From Octopus bimaculoides (Eukaryota): 47,856 nucleotides of DNA. The position numbers and the translations under genes are program-made. The notes under the pieces were generated by a model. The model saw only the letters and a list, made by a program, of their open reading frames with translations. It did not search any database and had not been told where the DNA came from. Shown here piece by piece: positions 37,821-47,856 of the stretch. The first letter of the stretch is position 1. Each line of letters starts with the position of its first letter. The stretch is taken from NCBI RefSeq assembly GCF_001194135.2, contig NC_068984.1, forward strand, positions 13,067,448 to 13,115,303. The letters are read 5' to 3'.

Positions 37821-38111
37821 CATATATGCATTTCTAAAATATAGATGTGTATGTATATGCGCTTATGGCTCTATATCTACTTAACCATCTATATTGAAGG
37901 TCTGCATGATAATACTTTGAAGTGACAGTCAACCTTCTTCTTGTACTGGTTCAATAAACATACACTCTACTAAATGAAGTGAATAATCCCAGGGTTTAAT
38001 GTTTGGTTGTTTTTATATATAACTTGATGTAAAAGCAAACGTTAATATGTGTCTTTCTATATACATACATATAGATATGTGTATATCTAAATATGTATAC
38101 ACTGTATGTAT

Positions 38112-38261
<150 letters not shown>

Positions 38262-38328
38262 CTGTCTTTCTGCCTCCCTATGTCTGTATGTATATATATG
38301 TATGTACGTGTATATTTATGTGAGTTTA

Positions 38329-38393
<65 letters not shown>

Positions 38394-39305
38394 ATCTATC
38401 TATCTATCTATCCACAGCTATCTATCTATCTTTTAATATATGTACATAAAGTTTATGTGTATATGTCTGTATAATATATGCATGTTTTTATGTATGTGAA
38501 AATATATTCGTGTATTTATACGCTGTCCTTATGCGTGTGCATGTACGTACGCGCGCGCGTGTGTGTTTAATAGTTGGATGCGTGTACCTGTGCATGTTTT
38601 TGCCTATCCGTGCGTGTATGTACGTCTTGCAAAAGTCATTTTCATACATCAGCGTGTATCAGCCAACAAATGGTTGTTACGTGACTCCCATCCGGATTTC
38701 GCAAATGTCCACATATTAAGCAAAATATTCAGATTGTTTATAATACTACAACGTAACCAAACTGAGGCAACTTAAGATGCTGGCCTGAGAGAACGCGTCA
38801 TCGATCTTTTAATATATTCTCTTTGAAGATAACCTTTGAGTATTGAGTAATGTACACAGCAAGTACAAGCATACGTCCAATATGTTCCAGTATCTTGCTT
38901 TTAAATTCTCATCATTTCTTCCCATGAAATATAAGACAGCGAAGTGTGTTTGTTCAGGTAGTGGTGAAAGAGGAGTAGCAGGTAGACAATTGGAGCTTTT
39001 GCCAAATAAAAGCTGATTTATAGTGAAGTCTTTGTATGTGTGTATAAAGGAACGTAAATATGTATGCATAAGACACACGTACACACACTAGCAGGCATGT
39101 ATACACACAGATTTACAGGGTCTAATGTAGGAGAGCGTAGCTGTGTATATACTTAGAATTCTTTCTATATACACATGCCCACTTACGGATACACGCAGAC
39201 AAGAGTATGACACACCCATGTATATGTACACAAGAATTGGGAATATAAATTTGGGATCGATTGAAGAATACGGAACCGATATTCATACTATGTTGGAGAC
39301 AAGAG

Positions 39306-39368
<63 letters not shown>

Positions 39369-39858
39369 GTCTCTCTGTCTGTATATCTAACTAGATGGCT
39401 AGTTCGCTAGCTCTCTGTATACATATATATATGTGTGTATACACTGTTATATAAAAGTATGTGTGTGTGCGTAACTTGATGTATGTGGATATTCATGCAG
39501 ATTTCCATGCATGGTTGTATATATAAATATATATATACAACATTCATACATGCAAATACAATATATATATATATATATATANNNNNNNNNNNNNNNNNNN
39601 NNNNNNNNNNNNNNNNNNNNNNNNNNNNNNNNNNNNNNNNNNNNNNNNNNNNNNNNNNNNNNNNNNNNNNNNNNNNNNNNNNNNNNNNNNNNNNNNNNNN
39701 NNNNNNNNNNNNNNNNNNNNNNNNNNNNNNNNNNNNNNNNNNNNNNNNNNNNNNNNNNNNNNNNNNNNNNNNNNNNNNNNNNNNNNNNNNNNNNNNNNNN
39801 NNNNNNNNNNNNNNNNNNNNNNNNNNNNNNNNNNNNNNNNNNNNNNNNNNNNNNNNNN

Positions 39859-39923
<65 letters not shown>

Positions 39924-40378
39924 AGAGACAGAGAGAGTGGGAGATAGATAGATAAGAGGTTAGGTAGGTAGGTAGGTAGATAGATAGATAGATAGATAGA
40001 ATTAAAAATTGATCATTAATTAGTACTTTATTCGCTATTTGCCGCTGATGAAAATGCGTTTAAACCACAAATTTCAAATGAATATAAACTTAAATACACT
40101 CGTTTGTTGTTGTTATGATTGGCTATTATAGACCAAAGTCGATCACAAGTTCGAATTTATTTTGGACACTAAATCAAGCCCAGAAAACAATTCTTTCTAA
40201 GTTTTAAAGAATTATATTCGTGGGTTTCTCGAACTTGTTTCGCTTGAAATGATGATTTACAGTCTACTGAATTTTTTTTGCGCATTAAGGCCCATTTATA
40301 ATATTTCTGTCGAGTGATATTACTGGCTGTTTTACTTCCCGAAAATTTGCAGATAAGCAAACTATACAGTTACATAAT

Positions 40379-41248
40379 TTATTCTTTTTTACTCTAGGCC
40401 CAAGGCCCGAAACTTTTGAGGATGAGGCCAGTTGATTAAATCGACCCCAGTACGAAACTGGCATTTAATTCATTGATGCCGAAAGGATGAAAGGCAAAGT
40501 CGACCTCGGCGGAATTTGAACTCAGAACGTAAGGACAAACGAAATACCACTAAGCATTTCTCCCGGCGTGCTAACGTTTCTTATCTCTTTATTGCTCACA
40601 AGGGGCTAAACATAGAAAGGACAAGCAAGAACAGACAAAGGGATTAAATCGATTACATCGATCCCAGTGCGTAACTGGTACTTAATTTATCGACCCCGAA
40701 AGGATGAAAGGCAAAGTCGACCTCGGCGGAATTTGAACTCAGTACGTATAGACAAACGAAATACCTCTAAGCATTTCGCCTGGCGTACTAACGTTTCTTA
40801 TTTCTTTATTGCCCACAAGGGGCTAAACATAGAAAGGACAAGCAAGAACAGACAAAAGGATTAAGTCGATTACATCGATCTCAGTGCGTAACTGGTACTT
40901 AATTTATCGACCCCGAAAGGATGAAAGGCAAAGTCGACCTCGGCGGAATTTGAACTCAGAACGTATAGACAAACGAAATACCTCTAAGCATTTCGCCTGG
41001 CGTACTAACGTTTCTTATCTCTTTATTGCCCACAAGGGGCTAAACATAGAAGGGACAAGCAAGAACAGACAAAGGGATTTAGTCGATTACATCGATCCCA
41101 GTGCGTAACTGGTACTTAATTTATCGACCCCGAAAGGATGAAAGGCAAAGTCGACCTCGGCAGAATTTGAACTCAGAACGTAGAGTCAGACAAAATACCG
41201 CTAAGCATTTCGCCCGGCGTGCTAACGTTTCGGCCACCTCGCCACCTT
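40379..41248 (-). mobile_element. Head-to-tail tetramer of SINE family A, 217-bp period, single TSD
   Basis: GGATGAAAGG recurs at 40485, 40702, 40919 and 41136. CAGTTACATAAT at 40367-40378 and 41249-41260. Confidence 0.93.
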
Positions 41249-41343
41249 CAGTTACATAATCTATTGATACTTGGATTAGATGTATCAACACTATTCCATG
41301 TTACAGCAGGGGAATAGTTGTTCTAGACTTTAATCGTCTAGGT

Positions 41344-41617
41344 CAGTGGTCCTCAACCATTTTTTTTGTTACCTATGGAACCCTTTGATTTCTATTTTAC
41401 TAAACGGGGCCCTCATACCCATTCTATTTACTATATTGGGTCCTCATAGCCCACACTATATTTTTGTAATTAAATATTATTAGGAATTATATTAAAAAAA
41501 TTGTTAAAATTCTTTTGTATATTGTAGAAGTACAATTACTTTATTGCGCATAAATTTTAGCAACTTAATCTTATATGGACCCCCGAGGGCCATATGAACG
41601 CCGGTTCACAACCACTA
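41344..41617. mobile_element. hAT (Charlie-like) MITE
   Basis: TIRs CAGTGGTCCTCAACC / GGTTCAACACCACTA. 8-bp TSD-like flanks GTCTAGGT / CTCTAGAT fit the NTCTAGAN preference. Confidence 0.82.
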
Positions 41618-42065
41618 CTCTAGATTAAGGTAGATTACTAGACGTTTCCGTCTTCTTAGACATAAAATTCAAATAAGAGGTGACTGATACTTCCTTTGAT
41701 GTCATTAGAAGTGTAGCTCGTCTGGCTGGTGTGTCACTGGTGAAAAGAGATATATTTGGACTTTCGAAAGACAGCTAATGCATTCCGTTAATTGCAAGAT
41801 GGCTATTGGAGGAACTTCTATGTGGCTGTCGATGCGACTGTGGTGAGTGATGGCGGAGGCACTGTTTCATAGGCAGAAAAACCTTAGCCTAATTTTGTGT
41901 GAATTAATAAGTTTAATGTATTTGTGTGTAGGTAGAAGAAGATACTTGGAATGGTTAGAAAATTACTGGAAATATTCGTGGAAACTTGAGTCCCGGCAAA
42001 TGGACGGTTACATAGACACATACGATTATCTCTCTATCTGTACATTAATATATATGTATACATGC

Positions 42066-42099
<34 letters not shown>

Positions 42100-42289
42100 N
42101 NNNNNNNNNNNNNNNNNNNNNNNNNNNNNNNNNNNNNNNNNNNNNNNNNNNNNNNNNNNNNNNNNNNNNNNNNNNNNNNNNNNNNNNNNNNNNNNNNNNN
42201 NNNNNNNNNNNNNNNNNNNNNNNNNNNNNNNNNNNNNNNNNNNNNNNNNNNNNNNNNNNNNNNNNNNNNNNNNNNNNNNNNNNNNNNNN

Positions 42290-42325
<36 letters not shown>

Positions 42326-42338
42326 TATGTGTGTGTTG

Positions 42339-42594
42339 TTGGCACTCCGTCGTTTACGACATCGAGGGTTCCAGTTGATCCGATCAACGGAACAGCCTAC
42401 TCGTGAAATTAACGTGCAAGTGGCTGAGCACTCCACAGACACGTGTACCCTTAACGTAGTTCTCGGGGATATTCAGCGTGACACAGTGGGACAAGGCTGA
42501 CCCTTTGAATTACAGGCACAACAGAAACAGGAAGTAAGAGTGAGAGAAAATTGTGGTGAAAGAGTACAGCAGGGTTCGCCACCATCCCCTGCCA
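42339..42594 (-). mobile_element. SINE family C, headless
   Basis: Reverse complement of 12349-12594, extended to the GACGGAGTGCCAAC tail end. Confidence 0.85.
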
Positions 42595-42780
42595 GCACCG
42601 CTTGACAACCGGTGTCGGTTCGTTTGTGCCCCCGTAACAAAAGCTGTTCGGCGAAAGGGACCGATAGAATAAGTGCAAGACTTTAACAAAGTACCCTGGG
42701 GTCGATGTATTGTTCCACGAAAACTCTTCAAGGCGGGGCTCCAAAATGGCTGCAGTCAAATGACTGAATCAAGTAAAAGG
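42595..42780 (+). mobile_element. SINE family B 3' half, fused to the preceding SINE C
   Basis: CGCTTGACAACCG...GACCGATAGAATAAGT...GGGGTCGAT...GGCTGCAGTCAAATGACTGAATCAAGTAAAAG. Confidence 0.8.
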
Positions 42781-42844
42781 TGAAAAATAAGGGATACATG
42801 TGCCTCAGCGTGTGTGTGTGTGTGTGTATGTCTGTGTTTGTGAA

Positions 42845-42919
<75 letters not shown>

Positions 42920-43262
42920 TTATTTATTTATTTATTTATTTATTTATTGGTCTGTCTATATCTCTATCTCTCTGTATATATGCCAATCTATGTACAGATA
43001 TATGTATGTATCTATTTATATATTTATTTCTTTTATTAAAACATAAGCTCACACTTTGTCTCACAATACCAGTGTCGCATGCCACCACATCCATCAGACG
43101 ATTACAGTGGTGCGAAACTCAAATCGTGCGACTAACACTCAGCTTCAGCTTTAATAAAAACAATTATATAAATATATATGTGTGTGAGTGAGTGTGTATA
43201 TATGCGAGTGTGCGTGAGTGAGTGTCTCTGTCTGTATATGTATTCATGCCTATGTATATGTA

Positions 43263-43443
43263 CCGTATTTTAACGTGTATAAGGAACCCTCGTGTCTAAG
43301 GAACTTTCTAATTTTGGGGGCTTAAATTTGGAAGAAAGGTTTTGTAAGGGATATAATACTATCCATGTATAAGAAACTCCCATATTTTTTAAACGTAATA
43401 TTTGACAAAAAAAAAGGGTTTCCTTACACGAGTTAAAATACGG
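43263..43443. mobile_element. Tc1/mariner-superfamily MITE (Tc2/pogo-like TIR)
   Basis: TA-CCGTATTTTAACGTGTATAAGGA ... TCCTTACACGAGTTAAAATACGG-TA: TIRs with a TA duplication. Confidence 0.85.
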
Positions 43444-43739
43444 TATATGTACGTATATGTATATTGCGAAAAAAGCATAAAGAGAGACAAGTTTTCACAA
43501 AGATGTCCTTAGTTTGACGCTTGAAACGAAAAGGTAAGCAAACAAGTGTCTTTGATCTATCAGATGTAGGATTTTTCATCAGACAAAAAGGAAAGAAAAG
43601 GGGAAGGATGGTGGACAGGATTGTAGGGAAGGAACGTTATGAACTGGGTAGAAGTGCAGTACTACGTGAAAGAGTTACGAAAAGAGGAAGAGGTGCAGTG
43701 TTGTGTGCATATTAAAATTTTCTGTGTAAGGTTAGCATT

Positions 43740-44232
43740 GTTGTGTGGGACCGCCTTAAAGCCTTGAAACTCTAATCTCTCCAGCGCCGCCGCGAGCGGT
43801 ACATCATCTGTACGATGTGGAAAATATACTACCAGCATTGCTCAAACGATCTCAACATTAGTTTTAAGGTTCATACAAGGTTGGGACCACTGGCCATAGT
43901 CCCCTGCCCAATTCAGGATCACAACATATAGGTACACTGCGACATAATTTCTTTTCCTCAACAAGCCCTGCCCTGTTTAACATTGTCCCAAAACAGATAA
44001 AAGAGGAAAACGATCCTATCAGCTTTAAACAGAGTCTAGACAGCTTTCTCCAAAGAATACCAGACAAGCCACCCATACCTGGATACAACTCACTCAATAA
44101 GAACTCACTACTTGAATGGACCATAAACAAACCTTGACTGTAAAAAGGATTTAGATAATCCTATCAGGTGGTGCTATTAAGTTAGACATGGCCTGGACCA
44201 ATCTTTGGTCGAAACAAATCCAAGTCTTTATC
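43740..44232 (+). mobile_element. CR1-type LINE 3' end (ORF2 C-terminus plus 3' UTR), degenerate
   Basis: WDRLKALKL*SLQRRRERYIICTMWKI...SPALFNIVPKQIK...FKQSLDSFLQRIPDKPPIPGY...NSLLEW, stop at 44135-44137. A GACCAA-TCT-TTGGTC stem-loop lies near the 3' end. Confidence 0.88.
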
Positions 44233-44885
44233 TAAGTTGTGTGAGTGGTATGCAATGTAGGTGTCTGGCTAGTGTTGAGTGGTGTTGAGTGGGATAGACA
44301 TGTAGCAAATTCGATAATGAGGCTTGGAAGCAGAAAAAGAAATAGTGGAGTAAATATCGTAGTAGCTATGAGGGAAGAAATAAAGGATATGGATGAAGAG
44401 GAAACGTTACAAGTAGAAAAAGATGGAAAAGATAAGTGGAAAAAATAAATAGGTAAATATCGAAAATGTATGTAAGATATCAGAGGAGAAGAAAATGGCT
44501 TAGAAATCTATATAAAACACGTGATTATTAAAAAATAAAGGAGAGTTGCAAAAGGGAATATTATGAAAAGGAAAAAAAATTAAAAGAATGTTAACAAAAT
44601 TTAATTTATCAATAAATATATGCATGAAGCGGAAAAAAGTTTGAAATTCTCTAGAATGGAACAAGAAGCAATAAATATATGCAAATATATGTATGTATGT
44701 TTTTCTGTGTATGTGTGTGTGTGCGTGCACGCGAGCATATATATATATATATATATATATCACGCAAAGATATATATATATATATATAGATATATAGTTA
44801 AGTCTATATAAATATGTGTAAACATACGTGCATATATTTAATATGTATAGTATATATGCAAGTATATATATGTATGTAGGTACAT

Positions 44886-44920
<35 letters not shown>

Positions 44921-44936
44921 CATATACATATGTATA

Positions 44937-44992
<56 letters not shown>

Positions 44993-45854
44993 TATATGAA
45001 ATTCAGGTAAAATTACGTCTGATAACGTAATAATACACATTCAGTACCGAAGTTGACTTGTCACATGAAACTACTACTTGAACTAAAACCAAATACAGTA
45101 ATGTTATAGCTGTTGGACAACAATTGTCTATAGGCGGTTTATCAATTGAAAAGCTACGTTTGCAACAGAACGAAATTATCAACAGTAAATATCTGAAATC
45201 ATTTTAAATTATGACATATATTTAAACTTAATGTGTGAGTTGCCATAGTATGATAAAAGGAAGGCGGGTTGATAGTTTCTTATTACGCTTGAGGTCAGTC
45301 ATAAAAAAAGCTAAATTCCTGGAGGTAAGTTTGGATTTATACTCTTAATTATAATGAATGTAATAAAGAAATTAAAGTGAGCGTATTCCTTTGCTCTTTC
45401 TCTCTAATGCTGGTGGGGGTCGGCATTTATTCTCTCCTTGCTAAAAATAAAGTATATTGATATGCACTCTAATCACCATAGATCGATAATAAATAGCGTT
45501 ATTATTAGTATATCCCTTAGAACATCTTACCTTTCAACAAAGGCAGACGTCTTCAATAACCCCGCTGCCTCTTATGATCCAACTCTACCAGCCAGTAGAT
45601 TCTTTCGGAAAAATAAAGTTTATATCTAACACGAAGCTTAAAAATTACTTAGTTCAGCTAGATTCTAATCCTAAGCTCTTGAAGAACACGTACGAAGCTC
45701 ACCCCACTAGAGATGGAAGCATCTACTCCATTTGTCTTCCTTATAACTGATACTTCACCCAACATATCCACCTGCGTATTCCTAAGCGCAACAAAGAGCA
45801 CACAAAATGCATAATTTCGAGCAGCAAAACATAACTCGCAGACCAACGCAAAAG

Positions 45855-45885
<31 letters not shown>

Positions 45886-46239
45886 CACCACCACCACCAC
45901 ACACCATTGTCCAAACACTCTTCAATAGCGTCACTACACATACTACTATACGAGCATCCCTATACAGCATCATACACACACACACAGACAATATATATAC
46001 ACACACACGCAACATACACGGACACATGCAACACGCATAAACACAAACATACACTGTACACATGTACACTATACGATCGCAATCACACACAGACATACAC
46101 ACGTGCAAACACAGCCTGAACAAGCAGATATCAACCGTTAAACACAGGTATTTGCACACGTTCACACGCACAGACACATATGCATACACACACACATGCT
46201 CACACACATGCACACACACATTACATTAGCCTCACACAC

Positions 46240-46395
46240 CTTTCATTCTCTGTCCTTTGTTTTCATCTTAATCCTTTCTGTCGAAGAGTGTAGGCCCGAA
46301 ACGGAAAAGACTTTTCCATTCTTCCCGAGCGTTAAACGTGCACACCTGCTTATTGTTCCTACACCTGTCTTCGTCTTTTGTTTCCTGTAAATTTG

Positions 46396-46400
<5 letters not shown>
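46240..46400 (+). mobile_element. Short non-coding pLTR-like repeat with hammerhead-like motif (same family as 3325-3480)
   Basis: CCTTT-CTGTCGA-A-GAGT-GTAG-GCCC-GAAAC-GGA-AAAGAC at 46272-46311, then ...ACACCTGTCTTCGTCTTTTG...TGTAAATT, then (TA)n. Confidence 0.7.
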
Positions 46401-46473
<73 letters not shown>

Positions 46474-46475
<2 letters not shown>

Positions 46476-46843
46476 TCTTTTACTTGCTTCAGTCATTTGA
46501 CTGCGGCCATGCTGGAGCACCGCCTTTAGTTGAGCAAATCGATCCCAGGACATATTTTTTGTAAGTCTAGTACTTATTCTAACGTTCTATTTTGCCGAGC
46601 TACCATCTGTTGTCAAGCGATGTTGGGGGGACAAACAGACACACGACCATATACACATATATATATATATATATATATACATATATACGACGAGCTTCTT
46701 TCAGTTTCCGTCTACGAAAACCACTCATAAGGCTTTGGTCGGCTCGAGGCTATAGTAGAAGTCACTTGCCCAAGGTACCACGCAGCGGGACTGAACTGGG
46801 AACCACGTGGTTGGGAAGGAAGCTTCTTACCACACAGCCACAT
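46474..46843 (-). mobile_element. SINE family B, full length
   Basis: Head GTGGCTGTGTGGTAAG...GGTTCCCAGTTCAGTCCC, CCTTGGGCAAGTGACTTC, internal (TA)n and tail ...AGTCAAATGACTGAAGCAAGTAAAAGAG. Confidence 0.9.
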
Positions 46844-47750
46844 GTAAATATATAAATATGACATATATATATATATATATGAGTGTGTATGTGTATGTGT
46901 ATGAATATATATACACGTATACACACACGCGCACACACATACACATACGCACGAACACGTATATTTACAAGAAAAAACATAGAAAATATTTCTTTTACAA
47001 AGCAAACTAACGATCCTCGAAGTTTGCCTAATTATCAAAATTGACGTTTTCGCTCTTTATTGCTAAACTACAGAGAACGAAGGGAATTAGTCTAAACCTG
47101 ATTTATACTGATGCGATGTCAACGCTTCATTGTAATATGAATCTCAATATCTTCCATACATATATACTAATAGTACTTAGTAATAAATGTCACGCCCGTT
47201 ATCTCACTCTGCCTAATGGGATTCTACTTGTTTCGAACGCAATTCTATATTTCTCACTCAAATAGAACAAATTGCCGAACATAACATTTTTTCACTGGCA
47301 ATTTTTCAATGGCCTGTTGAAAGTACAGCAATGAACTGAAAAAGTTATCAACTATATTGTTTGTATGTGTAAATACTCGATTAATAATTCTAAATATATA
47401 GTAGTTATTTCCGTTCTGTTAGCTTTATTGTATTCTTTATACTTTTAATTAAGTTACTAACTTTGTTTTCACCAATGCGTTTGCTTATTCTTCTTGTGAC
47501 CAGAGGAACTGTCACGACAGAAGTGATACAAAGCAGAAATAATGAGTAGCTGAAATAAAGACAAGAATTAATAGAATCTTAAGTCTTTGACGTTACAATT
47601 AGATAATTTTATTTGATTAATATACTGCTCTGGGGGCGTTCAGTACACTTGATTATATACTTTTCAAGCAGAACGCATCTCTGAAAGACATCCTCCATGC
47701 AATTATTTTAAATTGTCTCGACTGTGAATAATTTTCGTAATTCAGAACGC

Positions 47751-47803
<53 letters not shown>

Positions 47804-47856
47804 TACACACAGACACACACAGACACACACAGAGACACACATACACAGACACACAC

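Noticed and set aside
38775-38805. GATG...GAACGCGTCATC as a hammerhead
   Set aside because: Core residues are missing on both sides.
40667-41108. Repeated ORFs MRNWYLIYRPRKDERQSRPR
   Set aside because: Antisense translation of the SINE A core. The same peptide appears at other SINE copies.
40379-41248. CRISPR-like or satellite array
   Set aside because: Units are whole SINE copies with no unique spacers, in a eukaryotic context.
43864-44130. 88-aa minus-strand ORF
   Set aside because: Antisense of the CR1-type ORF2 remnant.
45494-45750. About 85-codon open frame ending ICLPYN as a PLE thumb or linker relic
   Set aside because: Only a vague LPY resemblance, with no diagnostic motif.

Overview
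AT-rich, microsatellite-saturated animal genomic DNA with about 5.9 kb of N gaps. The SINE families and (TA)n/(CA)n/(TATC)n load suggest an octopus short-read scaffold (inference). No host protein-coding gene can be called confidently. Almost all ORF-track entries are microsatellite or N artefacts. The window is mostly transposon-derived: two Penelope-like element (PLE) fragments (an uninterrupted RT segment at 2-325 that the ORF track misses, and a broken GIY-YIG region at 22422-23099), a truncated Tc1 transposase, a CR1-type LINE 3' end, hAT and TcMar MITEs, a palindromic MITE, and about 17 tRNA-derived SINE copies from four families. The most interesting signal is six hammerhead-ribozyme-like motifs from four unrelated sequence families (3415-3454, 6658-6716, 22025-22069, 34976-35028, 35492-35548, 46272-46311). 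One lies downstream of the PLE endonuclease. The other five lie in short non-coding repeats, several showing tandem or inverted rearrangements and ending at (TA)n. This is consistent with non-autonomous PLE-derived or retrozyme-like elements. Hammerheads in PLEs are established, but these families, their core variants and their activity are unverified. Also notable: a 237-bp inverted templated insertion with a 28-30-bp target duplication, and a four-unit SINE array inside one 12-bp TSD.
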